This document shows, piece by piece, positions 43,246-50,870 of a stretch of DNA of 64,000 nucleotides. The position numbers and the translations under genes are program-made. Position 1 is the first letter of the stretch. Each line of letters starts with the position of its first letter. The stretch is from NCBI GenBank assembly GCA_951406725.2, contig OX597835.1:1054001-1118000 (forward strand), given 5' to 3'. The DNA is from Octopus vulgaris. Lineage: Eukaryota. The notes under the pieces were generated by a model. That model ran no database searches. It saw only the letters and a list, made by a program, of their open reading frames with translations, and was not told the DNA's origin.

Positions 43246-44504
43246 ACACACACACATACATACATACACATGAGGGGGGGGGGGTGCTGAAAAGTTCATG
43301 GCTTTAGAGGTATCGTGAAAGACCTGGCTGGAGGCAGAACCTTCCAAGTTCTTTAACAGGGCTTAGAAAAACTGAAAGACCACTGCAATAAGTGTGTGGA
43401 TCCGAAAGAATTTGTTGAATAAAATCAACAGATTTTCAGATATATAATAAGACATTAAAAGGATTTGAAAAAGAAAAGTAAATATTGTTTCTAAGGGGGT
43501 AACACAGTATATCTGTAATAATAATATTAATAATTGAATTAAACACTGAAACAAATCTGAACGAATTGTCCTGAGGATTAGAAGAAAAAAGAAGCAATCT
43601 AAAACCACCACAGGAGTAGAATAGAGAAGCCAGTCGAAACTATTTAAAATTTATATGGAAAATTTTATATGAAGAATACATAAGCCTCCTCTCTCACACA
43701 CACACACTGTTTCTCACCCCCTATCAACACATACACACGTCCATTTCCTCTGTCATTTTATGCTGCCTTTAAAGAAAATATACATTTCCAGCCTCAAAAA
43801 TAAATTTAAAAATTTTACGAAATTTACCTAACGCTGTATTTTAACTTATGACTTTTCCGTGGTTATATCGAAGGACTGCCATCGCTGGCAATCTTTCTGT
43901 GGGGGACAGAGACCGTAAAATATTAAAAGTAGGAATTAGAATAGCAAAAGACGAAAGAAAATAGAAAACCCTGTTCTTTCATTCATATATCAAGGCGCGC
44001 GCATGTATCGCACTTGCCGTGCAATGTGTAATATTAAATATAAAAATGCATGTCAACTTCCACAGCAATACAAAATCACATGTGGACTCATGTTTACATG
44101 TATAACTATAAATATGGAACTAATAACTGCAAGTATCAATAAAGCAGAATGAAAGAGTCCCCTCGAATATTCTGCAATAAAGTTGATGATAAGATTTTAA
44201 CATTCGGAGCTTGAGACATTCGTTGTCATAAAAAGAAGAGCTTTTTGAAGCTTACAAGTTGAAATGTCTGCAATATGCGACCCTAACACTTTGGTTTATG
44301 AACGATAGTTTGACACCCATTAAATGTTGGGAACTCATTAGGATAGGGACGGAGGGGGGGGGATAGTGGAAACCACAGAAACGAATAAAGTTATGTGTGT
44401 ATATATTGCAGATTTCAAGATAAGTGTCGCAGAAAAACAAACGGAATGAAGAATTTCGGGAGAATACCTTTGCTTTTGCCCCTTTTGCCGCTGCCAGGCT
44501 TCAT
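1841..44504 (-). CDS. INTS1: Integrator complex subunit 1, multi-exon gene span (29 coding exons in window, 3' part beyond left edge)
   Basis: Spliced translation matches recalled metazoan INTS1 blocks in order: PPPGDFIALG, FKAKGNPLVSVLACN, QRLEMWLQNPK, NELSSARNPNNM, EVPVLEDTLMR, CRSRNPDFLL, LDVLPVQCLCEFLLHD, LLLPDWLKLRMIRS, FVQSFGIPVSSM. Splice phases are compatible across all 28 introns. Confidence 0.97.
2220..3560 (+). mobile_element. Decayed RTE-clade LINE
   Basis: QMDSILIK..GEE..QNRLV (endonuclease end), GIIPSNW, CYKGKG, FGFVPGRNAIDAIF, QGSVLSPL, YADHLV. Confidence 0.8.
3873..4127 (-). CDS. INTS1: INTS1 exon 28
   Basis: LQDLDPAQLFLFVQSFGIPVSSMTKLL..QHTRGAEGG..NEE G|gtcagt; 255 nt. Confidence 0.95.
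4444..4605 (-). CDS. INTS1: INTS1 exon 27
   Basis: ..IWFPEE..AFLLDTSEEALLLPDWLKLRMIRS..LIDA G|gtaagt; 162 nt. Confidence 0.96.
5009..5120 (-). CDS. INTS1: INTS1 exon 26
   Basis: SNTQDQIILQWESGDSATMLVLVVHAMIILLTYGPPK G|gtatag; 112 nt. Confidence 0.96.
6358..6522 (-). CDS. INTS1: INTS1 exon 25
   Basis: EVAQLIVERTTVMSH..KEAYDW|gtaaga; 165 nt. Confidence 0.94.
7271..7375 (-). CDS. INTS1: INTS1 exon 24
   Basis: ACRVETDPTLVSAYVIFLDRH..DDLAF|gtaagt; 105 nt. Confidence 0.94.
8117..8299 (-). CDS. INTS1: INTS1 exon 23
   Basis: GLSLVVS..HKWLLLYLPSLPLFDSLR..IRK|gtaagt; 183 nt. Confidence 0.94.
9070..9219 (-). CDS. INTS1: INTS1 exon 22
   Basis: KMKKQEQLLAKLQ..EVMDYFFKRLSSSQASSRSLAIK|gtaggt; 150 nt. 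Confidence 0.95.
9244..9273 (-). mobile_element. Isolated Helitron-like 3' terminus
   Basis: Minus strand ACCCGGGCAATGCCAGGACGCATTGCTAAT: GC hairpin followed by a CTAG-like (CTAA) end. Confidence 0.5.
9440..10300 (+). mobile_element. Mariner transposase pseudogene in INTS1 intron 21
   Basis: LGFHKVCARWL, RIVTGDEMWVHHY, GKVLLTLFWDSKG, LLLHDDACPHTA, HPAYSLDLAL-like motif; frameshifted. Confidence 0.92.
10442..10594. mobile_element. Tc1/mariner-type MITE (~153 bp)
   Basis: 26-bp TIRs (t/c)AGTTGTGGCCAAAAGTTTGGAACAT ... ATGTTCCAAACTTTTGGCCACAACTG, flanked by TA. Confidence 0.85.
10758..10922 (-). CDS. INTS1: INTS1 exon 21
   Basis: GTTQSMPWLAELVES..VLPVQCLCEFLLHD..KKR|gtcagt; 165 nt. Confidence 0.96.
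12060..12640 (-). mobile_element. Decayed RTE LINE 3' fragment
   Basis: Similar to the RTE 3' pieces at 18.2, 26.1 and 36 kb; interrupted by a microsatellite. Confidence 0.55.
12887..13016 (-). CDS. INTS1: INTS1 exon 20
   Basis: GSLRKPP..LCRSRNPDFLLDIIQRQ|gtaaat; 130 nt. Confidence 0.96.
14556..14680 (-). CDS. INTS1: INTS1 exon 19
   Basis: LYEKEKHEILEFESHLAAA..ITESNSLLLSQLTTMDV TC|gtaagt; 125 nt. Confidence 0.95.
16886..16961 (-). CDS. INTS1: INTS1 exon 18
   Basis: NYKFPPPTTATEEKHIEEIKNHEKQ|gtatgt; 76 nt. Confidence 0.92.
17010..17420 (+). mobile_element. RLE-type (HERO-like) non-LTR retrotransposon C-terminal fragment
   Basis: ALNRYTWRHYLVL (post-knuckle RY.WRH motif), then KLDIIIW and ELMIPLGDNMDA resembling the PD..(D/E) endonuclease motifs RPDIVLW / ELTVPWEEN (recall). 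Confidence 0.65.
17501..17700 (+). mobile_element. SINE family B (Deu/Nin-like central domain) with 10-bp TSD
   Basis: GAGCTGGCAGAATCGTTAGC..GTCGACTTTGCCTTTCATCCTTTCGGGG..AAGTACCAG; TSD AGAAGAGGTA at 17491 and 17701. Confidence 0.85.
18200..18575 (-). mobile_element. RTE LINE 3' fragment
   Basis: KKCHTLVVEATCGRGRPRKTWDEVVKHDLQTLGLTEE. Confidence 0.85.
19079..19139 (-). CDS. INTS1: INTS1 exon 17
   Basis: QTAWENYPILKCLMEMAMT AA|gtaagt; 61 nt. Confidence 0.94.
19330..20013 (-). mobile_element. Gypsy RNase H/integrase fragment in INTS1 intron 16
   Basis: YADHKFL, LDFISQFSTDIQHI, ADALSHL, HIDLVRPWPVSHGFSYILTCIDGFS; similar family to the 46.5-49 kb relic. Confidence 0.85.
20176..20267 (-). CDS. 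INTS1: INTS1 exon 16
   Basis: YTPPTLAISALYWKAWNMLLIIVAFNPSTF G|gtgagt; 92 nt. Confidence 0.95.
20342..20760 (+). mobile_element. tRNA-derived SINE family A, near full length
   Basis: Pol III box A/B-like head GTGGCTGTGTGGTAAG..GGTTCAGTC, CORE-like CCTTGGGCAAGT, internal TA/TG microsatellite. Other + copies near 19178, 30750, 31250; - copies near 25, 5645, 10605, 15590, 38445. Confidence 0.85.
21668..22010 (-). mobile_element. Non-autonomous repeat family E with (ATG)n tail (RTE-tail-like)
   Basis: (CAT)n-GTTTAACGTCC..CTGGATGCCCTTCCTAA..GGTGCTTTTTACGTGCCAC; copies at ~5950, 8410, 14005, 63047 and inverted at ~35805, 55230. Confidence 0.75.
22270..22436 (+). mobile_element. Probable LTR-retrotransposon gag fragment
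   Basis: Open stretch FLESFPAEPPTTDESKLRCLIEHTYKDVYELISECENYLEAIQTLERLYAKP resembles Gypsy gag N-termini (recall). Confidence 0.55.
22585..22681 (-). CDS. INTS1: INTS1 exon 15
   Basis: VEVLRVTRLEFVDALMNLCAYRHPENIVLPK GG|gtgaga; 97 nt. Confidence 0.95.
23625..23860 (-). mobile_element. SINE family B
   Basis: Reverse complement of the 17501/26410/45384 copies; another minus copy at ~28625-28850. Confidence 0.85.
24275..24432 (-). CDS. INTS1: INTS1 exon 14 (ends in a GC donor)
   Basis: LMLRIASEVPVLEDTLMRVLVIGLSREL..KRAAMIRLE G|gcagga; 158 nt. Confidence 0.92.
25175..25570 (-). mobile_element. SINE family A, near full length
   Basis: Reverse complement of the 20342-20760 element. Confidence 0.85.
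25684..25761 (-). CDS. INTS1: INTS1 exon 13
   Basis: LHKVLFMESTEHYHNKDNWPLESDR GC|gtaagt; 78 nt. Confidence 0.95.
26090..27780 (-). mobile_element. Decayed RTE LINE, interrupted by a SINE at 26410-26640
   Basis: Minus strand reads MQFGFVPG, FVGLEETFG, VHQGLILNPFLFM and RTE 3' motifs. Confidence 0.75.
26410..26640 (+). mobile_element. SINE family B nested in RTE LINE
   Basis: Family consensus; flanked by near-identical AGAA(C/T)TCCTTGCTG direct repeats. Confidence 0.85.
28929..29049 (-). CDS. INTS1: INTS1 exon 12
   Basis: LEILHQYQQQVTLIQRDSVWWLHTVVPSI..YVH TG|gtaacg; 121 nt. Confidence 0.95.
29150..29630 (+). mobile_element. RTE LINE RT fragment
   Basis: VHQGSV..PLLFIIDL, CPWEHLYADD. Confidence 0.75.
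31002..31110 (-). CDS. INTS1: INTS1 exon 11
   Basis: ERYVLAITDLITLTILVGITPSVREA..GDRK G|gttagt; 109 nt (absent from ORF track). Confidence 0.93.
31250..31630 (+). mobile_element. SINE family A
   Basis: High similarity to 20342-20760. Confidence 0.85.
31834..32120. mobile_element. Tc1-like MITE, right TIR eroded
   Basis: TA-CAGGGTGTCCCAAAAATAAGGCAGCC on the left; GGTTGCCTTAATTTTGGG on the right is its near reverse complement. Confidence 0.65.
32379..32943 (+). mobile_element. Internally deleted mariner element with both TIRs
   Basis: 30-bp TIRs TTGGGTTGTCCGGAAAGTTCGTGCCGATTT / AAATCGGCACAAACTTTCCGGACAACCTCA, TA TSDs; transposase start MEDKK fused to C-terminus WDVLPDPPYSPDIAPSDFHLF..RWRRIVQQNGSY. 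Confidence 0.93.
33079..33261 (-). CDS. INTS1: INTS1 exon 10
   Basis: ILAEIFQDLLVNKEDYLRA..AFCLGLMQ..AFK|gtgagt; 183 nt. Confidence 0.95.
33360..33604. repeat. 39-bp minisatellite, ~6.3 copies
   Basis: Unit GTG(T/A)TGCTAATGGAAATTGTGGTGATGATGTTGGCTAGG. Confidence 0.95.
34039..34180 (-). CDS. INTS1: INTS1 exon 9
   Basis: ELLSQNSENL..NELSSARNPNNM..SAR|gtaagt; 142 nt. Confidence 0.95.
35323..35468 (-). CDS. INTS1: INTS1 exon 8
   Basis: LSRSAQDLLLSVCLNC..KIRLKTKPLINHYLSSL CG|gtaag; 146 nt. Confidence 0.95.
35940..36470 (-). mobile_element. RTE LINE 3' fragment
   Basis: Same family as the 18.2 kb piece (LYNAYV.TAMLHGSETG). Confidence 0.7.
36835..37021 (-). CDS. INTS1: INTS1 exon 7
   Basis: YVYQQEMIESDVLEIVREQLNKRQP..LEMWLQNPK|gttggt; 187 nt. 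Confidence 0.95.
37630..37732 (-). CDS. INTS1: INTS1 exon 6
   Basis: ctcctcag|..SPSLSVCEEED..SPITP AG|gtgaga; 103 nt, phases 1/2 fit neighbours. Confidence 0.88.
38695..38857 (-). CDS. INTS1: INTS1 exon 5
   Basis: VYVEDSLGEHNWVD..FVDNILTAFNT..GS T|gtaagt; 163 nt. Confidence 0.95.
40334..40471 (-). CDS. INTS1: INTS1 exon 4
   Basis: AFCSLLKRDVSINFKAKGN..WPDDFVK|gtaaag; 138 nt. Confidence 0.96.
40607..40800 (-). CDS. INTS1: INTS1 exon 3
   Basis: tttcag|..DAADFL..GLLCGAVKSL..ELVTE|gtgagt; 194 nt. Confidence 0.95.
41000..42540 (+). mobile_element. Helitron relic with PIF1-type helicase fragment
   Basis: 5' TCTATATCTATAAAA start; ERAILAPCNDAVNKI, MLLRNLDPPCLCNGTRL, VFIPRIPLIPSDLPFEFKQLQFP..FAMLINKSQG; frameshifted. 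Confidence 0.9.
42615..42890 (-). CDS. INTS1: INTS1 exon 2
   Basis: ttgcag|...LPPPGDFIALGK...YEESAIE G|gtcagt; 276 nt. Confidence 0.93.
43270..43430 (+). mobile_element. Mariner-derived MITE remnant
   Basis: GAGGGG..GTGCTGAAAAGTTC TIR-like start, transposase C-terminal remnant GLEKLKDHCNKCV..EFVE-stop. Confidence 0.65.
44468..44504 (-). CDS. INTS1: INTS1 coding exon 1 (MKPGSGKRGKSK)
   Basis: ATG at 44504; 37 nt; donor AAG|gtattc, phase 1 fits exon 2. Short and poorly conserved, so less certain. Confidence 0.75.
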
Positions 44505-44553
44505 TGTCTGTTATTAAAGTTATTTTCACAAGAAGAAACAAAAAAACTACTTG

Positions 44554-44599
<46 letters not shown>

Positions 44600-44849
44600 G
44601 GAGGGAGAAAGAGAGAAGGAAAGAGATTAAATAATTAATGCTGCATCAACAATTCTGTGTTTAAGGAAGAAATCGATTTTTCCGACTTTTGAAACATTTT
44701 CCAGAATTGGATCAAATGAGAAATAAGAGTTTCCTTCTAAGGGACATAACTCTTGTCACGGCTAAACACCGGTGAAGCACCAAAATAGTTGAACACCAAA
44801 ATCTAATGTCGGAATTTAATTTCAGTATTTGGAAATAATTTAATTGTTG

Positions 44850-45340
44850 CTCTTGTTAAGCCGGAAGTTAAAGTAAACGTTAACCATTTTGGGCGTAACT
44901 TCGGTATACGTACCGGAAGTACCAGATACATTTCAAGAAAGTGTTTTTTTTTTATATATATGGAGGGGTTAGGGTTAGGATTAGGGGCGGGAGAAAAGGG
45001 TTTCTGTTATCTTCAGAAGTGTAAACAAAGGCACTTCCGGTACAAAGGTACCTATACCGAAGGATTGAACAAGCTATGATCAAAAACGTTCTGTCCGTGA
45101 CTTTCTATTTACCCCCGTATGAAGTCTATAGGATTTACATTAAGACCGTGGACCGTACATATTTGATCGACTACGCTGAGGTTATCTCGTGTATTTCCAA
45201 GTTTATTGTTGTGGTTAACATGCAGTTTGCAGTCATAAATCAGGGAAAGTAAATTGTCTTCAAAAAATGAAATTATATTGCGATAGAAATCGGAAGTGAC
45301 AACTGTGACTCGCCGTCATTTTGTGTAAACAATGAATGTG
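44850..45340 (-). promoter_or_regulatory. Putative INTS1 promoter/5' region with ETS-type motifs
   Basis: CCGGAAGT at 44861 and 44913, its reverse complement at 45033, CGGAAGTG at 45291; YY1-like AAAATGACGGCG on minus strand near 45311-45322; locally CpG-retaining; 0.35-0.85 kb upstream of the ATG. Confidence 0.45.
44900..45061. mobile_element. MITE-like inverted-repeat element with internal TTAGGG units
   Basis: TTCGGTATACGTACC ... GGTACCTATACCGAA (1 mismatch), inner CCGGAAGT/ACTTCCGG pair, central GGGTTAGGGTTAGGATTAGGG. Confidence 0.6.
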
Positions 45341-45383
45341 ACAGACTCAATATTTATAATTATGTATATTTAATAACGAATGA

Positions 45384-45650
45384 AGGCGGCGAACTGGCAG
45401 AATCGTTAGCACACCGGGAGAAACGCTACGCGGTATTTCGTCTGCTGCTACGTTCTGAGTTCAAATTCCGCCGAGGTCGACTTTAGCTTTCATCCTTTGG
45501 ACGTCGATAAATTAAGTACCAGTTACGCACTGGGGTCGATGTAATCGACTTAATACCTATGTCTGTCCTTGTTTGTCCCCTCTGTGTTTAGCCCCTTGTG
45601 GGTAGTAAAGAAATAGGTATTTCGTCTGCTGCTACGTTCTGAGTTCAAAT
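45384..45650 (+). mobile_element. SINE family B abutting the Gypsy relic
   Basis: CpG-intact copy with a partial restart after the A-rich tail. Confidence 0.85.
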
Positions 45651-46557
45651 GCTGTGTGCGTTCCTTTTCTTTCCGATCGTCTTCTAGGAATCGTTTTAGG
45701 CATCGTTCTTCTTCTCGCCAGCGTGCCATTACTTCGCTCGACACACCGTGTTGGTACTGTCGACGATTTGGGGATAAGGCACATCAGTGTAGACAGCCTT
45801 GCTCTTACTCTCCGCAGGGAAACTAGACGGGGGGGGGGACCCTGAGCACGTCAGCCGTCCCCCTTGCTTCGTTCTACTCCTCATCGTTTATTTTTTTTTT
45901 AGAGACGTCAACTCCTCTAAGCTTTTCGTGGTCGACACAGGAGCCGGCGTCAGTATTTGGCCCTTATGTTTCACCTCGACTAGGCCTATGTTGTTAACCA
46001 CTCTACTATCCGGACCTACGGACAGATTTCTATATCTCTGGATTTATCTCTACGTAGAGATTTTAAATGGATTTTCGTCATCGCGGATTTGCCTTATCCA
46101 ATATTGGGTACGTTCTTTCTACACCATTACTCATTATTTGGTTGATGTGAGAATGCAGCGGCTTCTCGACGATACCACCTCCTTATCAATTCCTACGAAG
46201 ATCTCGACTGTCGCTCCTGTGGGTCCCTCTTTCTTCGTTGCCTCCTCAAGATACCCGTACCACGCATTGCTTGCTTCTTTTCCAGAGCTTACTGATTTGT
46301 TATTTAAACCAACCGAGCCTGTTCATTCAACGAGATACTTCCCCTCCACGAAAAGACCTCTTGTTTTTTCTCATCCGCGACAGTTGGCACCGGACAAGCT
46401 TAAGGCAGCTCGAGTTGAATTTGAACAAATGCTCCAAGTTGGTCTTATTTCACCATCCACAAGCCCATGGGCGTCACCTTCACACATGGCAAGCAAAAAA
46501 GGTTCCGCAGAACTTCCGAGCAGTTGTGGGATTTCAGACGCCTCAATGCTGGAACAA
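45650..46557 (+). mobile_element. Gypsy LTR-retrotransposon relic (CsRn1-like): gag C-terminus, protease, RT N-terminus
   Basis: CWYCRRFGDKAHQCRQPC knuckle, QGN-stop, protease LFVVDTGAGVS, then QLAPDKLKAARVEFEQMLQVGLISPSTSPWASP; frameshifted. Confidence 0.9.
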
Positions 46558-46559
46558 CA

Positions 46560-48948
46560 GAAGAAATAGACTGGTCACTAGAAATAGACTGGACCCGAGA
46601 AGTAAGAACGAAGTCTGGTGATGTACGACGTAGGACCGGGTGCGGTGAGTCGACTGGTGCCAACATTTAGCCAGGAAGTGCCAAAGTGGTATCGTACAAG
46701 AGTTCAGCAACCTAGAATGATAGGAAGAAATTCGGTCCATCATTGTGGATCTGGGGTAACGCGAAGTGCAGCTTTCAACTGCTTATGTAATCTTTCCACC
46801 ATTCCATTCGAAGCTGGGTGGTAACTAGTCGTATTAATGACAATTCACGGAAAAGGCTTCGAACTGGCGCCCACGATCAGTGGTGATTCTGGAAGGGACG
46901 CCAAATCGAGCAATCCACCCTGAGATGAGAGCTCGAGCGACAAGTTTGGCGGTAATATCTATCAGGGGTATGACCTCTAGTCATCGGAAGAACCGATCAA
47001 TACAGGTCAAAATGTATGTGAAACCGGAACTGATGGGCCAAGGACCAACGAGATCAACATGGATGTGCCGGAAGCGAGTGACCGGCGGATTGAACTGTCC
47101 CAATGGAGCACAGACGTGCCTATGCACCTTGGAGTGCTGGCACTGCAAACAAGAACGCGCCCAAGTGGTGATTGTACGACGCCAGAAGAATCTGGATGTG
47201 ACAACGAATGCAGAGCGTCGAAGATGGTGTGGCGATGACGATCAGGAACGAGCGGTCTGGGTGAATCGGTGGAAACATCGCAGAGGATGTTCTCCTCAGC
47301 GGACGGTAGTGGCGGGTACTCAAACTTGTAGCAGGAAAACTGAGCAGAAGAAATGTCGAGCGAATTCAAGAAAGGCGGGTCTGAAGCATTGGCAACCAGA
47401 TCAATCGTAGCAGGAGACAAAAGGGAACACAGAGGAAGCCTAGACAAAGCATCAGTAGATATATTGGCAGATCCAGCAATATGGCGTATATCACTGGTGA
47501 ACTGAAAAATGAAGTACAGGTTTCTGTATGTCCTCGGTGAGTTATTCTCCGACTTAGATTGTAGCGCGAATGTGAGCGGTTTATGGTCCGTGAATAACCT
47601 GAACTTCCGACCTTCAAGGAGATGGTGGAAGTGCCTCACAGCAAGATAATCAGCTAACAGCTCTCTATCAAAAGTGCTATACTGTTGTTCGTCTGATCTC
47701 AGTTGGCGTAAGAAAAACGCTAGTTGTTGAGTCTGGTGGTTGATCGGTTGATCGTCTGTTGCAATACAGCGCCAACAGCACAATTTGAGGCAGCAACGGT
47801 TAAGGATAGTTCTGCGTTCGCAATAGGATGAGAGGCGAGCAAGGAAACTTGAGCAAGATGAGATTTGACGGATTCAAAAGACTGCAATGCGTCGGAAGAA
47901 AGAGAAATCGGAGAATCTTTCTGATTCTTGTTCTTCAAATGCTGAGTCAAGGGAAACAACTCGTTCGCACAGTTAAGAATGAAGCGACAATAGAAGTTGA
48001 TTAACCCAAGGAAATGACATAACTGTTTCAATGAAGTGGGGGGGGGTGAAACTTGCTGAATCGCTTCCTACTTCGCCGACAGAGGCCGAATGCCTTCAGA
48101 TTCTATAAGATGTCCCAGGAACTCCAACGAAGTTGTACCAAACACACATTTTGCAGGGTTGACCGTGAAATTGTACCACCGGAGACGCTGGAACAACTGT
48201 GATATGTGTTGATGATGTTCAGCTGTATCAGTGGATATGAGAAGGTTGTCCACGTAAGCAAAAACGAAATCCATTCCATGAACGACTTCATTCATAAACC
48301 GCTGGAAACCGGCATTGCGCAATCCAAATGACATGGATAAGAACTCGAACGAGTCAAATTGAGTGGTCACGACTGTTTTTGGGATGTCTGCTGGGTTCAC
48401 TGGTATTTGGTGGTATTTACGTATCAGGTCAATATCGGAAAAGACGGTGCATCCATGTAAAGCAGATGAAAAATCCTGAAGATGAGGTAAAGGATATCTG
48501 TCAGGGGTAGTGACGGCATTGAAGCGTCTGAAATCATCAACCAGTCGGAAGTCTCCAGTACCCTTTTTTGCCATGTGTAAAGGAGACGCCCATAGGTTCG
48601 TGGATGGTCGAATAAGTCCAAGCTGGAGCATATGTTCAAATTCAGTTCGAGCTGCCTTAAGCTTGTCCAGTGCCAACCGTCGTGGACGGGAAAAACAGGA
48701 TGTCCCTTTGTGGAGATGAAATGTCTCGTTGAGTGAATAGGATCGGTTGGTTTAAACGACAAATCAGTAAGCTCCGGAATAAGAAGCAAGCAATGCGTGA
48801 TACGGCAACGAAGAAAGAGGGACTCATAGGAGCGACAGTAGAAATCTTCGTAGGAATTGATAAGGAGATGGTATCGTCGAGAAGCTGCTGCAGTCTCACA
48901 TCAACCAAATAATGAGTAATGGTGTAGAAAGTCAGCTCCCAACATTAG
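46560..48948 (-). mobile_element. Gypsy pol relic in opposite orientation: protease end, RT, RNase H, integrase
   Basis: RT (PDRYPLP, KYHQIP, FGLRNA, FAYVDNLLI), RNase H (YSTFDRELLA, FTDHKPL), integrase (TTSYHPASNGMVERLH); several frameshifts and stops. Confidence 0.93.
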
Positions 48949-49559
48949 CAGTCAATACAGCTCCTAGCAGAATGTATCTGGTTTTTGACATGCATAATGA
49001 AAATGCAGACACGTTTCACTATTATTAAACTTCCGCGGTGAAGAGTTCAGCTACTGTCTATATTTCGCTGAGAAGCTCTAATAAACCTGAAACATGTCAG
49101 CATCCGCCACCGTTCTTGCCAAAGTTAATGTTGACATATTTAATATAGTGAACATCAAAAATCTAATCGGAAATATTTATGGAGTGAAGAAAAAGCGACA
49201 TTAGTTTTTCACTTTCTCCCCTCGGACTCAGAAGCCCTAAAAATGGTCAAAGGTGCAGCCTTCCCTTTTATGACTAAGCCATTTAAAAAAACAACCTTTT
49301 CTCCGTTGATAGATTCAGCCATCACGTCCCTACCAAAGCATGTAGAATCTTATTCGTATGTATTTGTCGCATTAGTGTGTCAGATGAAATAAATATTTAG
49401 AAATTTAATTACATCACACAATTAAACGGATTAAAATGAGCACAAAATTATCTTCATAAAATAAAATTGATAAAATACTTTTTAATTAACATCAGAAACA
49501 GGAATTGTTTATAAAGGTGCGTTATTTAATTTTTCTTTTTTGAAGTCGAGAATCCATAG

Positions 49560-50870
49560 AAAAAACAAAAGAGAGAGAGAGAGAAGGAGTGTTATGTGAC
49601 GCTATTTGAGGTTGAATCGATCAGCTTTTCCTCTTCGAAAGGCTATCATAGAATAGTGAGTTGGTGCCGAGAATGCAGATAAAGAGTAGAAGATAAAAGG
49701 TGTAAAAAGAAGTGAAGGAAAAGGAAGGATAAAAAACTCGGAGATAAAGAAGAAGAGATTTGGCAGAACGAGGTTAAAAAGGAAATATTAAGGTCTTGTG
49801 AGATATTGGGAGAGAGAGAGAGAGAGAGAGAGAGATTGAGAGAGAGATTGAGAGAGAGAGAGAGACTAATGTCGAGTATGCTGGAGAGATCGCGATTAAT
49901 ATTATGAGGAGAAAGAAGGATTAAAAGGAAAGTGGTTAAAAAAAAGGGGGGGGAGGCAGATTTAAGAGAAAATGGAAAGAAGAGGAGGAGGAAGAATTGA
50001 ATAAGAAAACCAGAAAAGGAATATAAGAAAAAGGAGTGAACGAGTTAAATAAAAGAATAATTATCAGATGTATAGAGAATGAGGGAGGGAGAGAGAGAGA
50101 GAGAGAGAGTCATAGAGAGGGAGGCGCAGAAAGAGAGAGAAAAGTTTAAAAAAAAAAAACAGGACGAGTTGTTTGATAAACACCATAAAATGGAGATTAA
50201 ACAATTAAAAAAGAAATTCATATGAAATGCATAAGAGAGGAGGTGTTTTAAAAAAGGAGGGAAGATTGCTTTTTGATAGAAAGAGCTAATGTTACTGTTT
50301 TGTCCGAAGTCGGACTGAACAAACAGGTTTTGATTAGAATCTCTAATCAAATATGATCGTTTTCTTTTCTAGGCCAAAATATTTAACGTATCCTTCTCTT
50401 TTAAGGCAACAGGGTGTGACCCGAGGGTGGTTTTTATTGGCATTTCTCGGAGGTTAGACGACCACACAATGAATCCGACTGTTATAAGGAAAGGTATGAC
50501 GAAGATAAGAAATGGTGTAAACAAAAAAGAGGACACATCAGAGAGAAAGAGTAAGTACGAGAGGAAGAAGCATTGGAGAGAAAGAAGCTATATTAAGAGA
50601 AGATGGTAACGCACTTGAGTGCGTGTGTGTTGTGCATGGAGGAGAAGAGATTTCAAGCGGAACAGGAGAGGGAGAAAGAGTGAGAGAAAGAGTTGGGTAA
50701 AAAGGGAGAGGGTGAAAAAGAGAGAGTGAGGAAGAACTGTTCCGAAGCAGAGTAGTAGTCGTAGGAAGGGTAGGAGTAAGGAGTTTTAGAGAGAATAGGT
50801 AAAGTAAAGAGAAAGAGACATAAAGAGCTAGAGAGAGAGAGAGAGTGTGTGTGTAAAGAAAAGGGAAAGT
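49560..50870. repeat. Purine/GA-rich low-complexity tract
   Basis: Multiple (GA)n runs and strong purine skew. Confidence 0.8.

Noticed and set aside
44965-44990. TTAGGG repeats as an interstitial telomere or fusion scar
   Set aside because: Only about three units, enclosed within an inverted-repeat element.
45799-48908. Long ORFs (256, 258, 202 aa) as host or domesticated genes
   Set aside because: Frameshifted Gypsy pol pieces; RT catalytic YVDD appears as YVDN.
49066-49102. CTGAGAA...GAAACATGTCAGC hammerhead-like string
   Set aside because: Core is mutated, with no helix II or helix I pairing visible.
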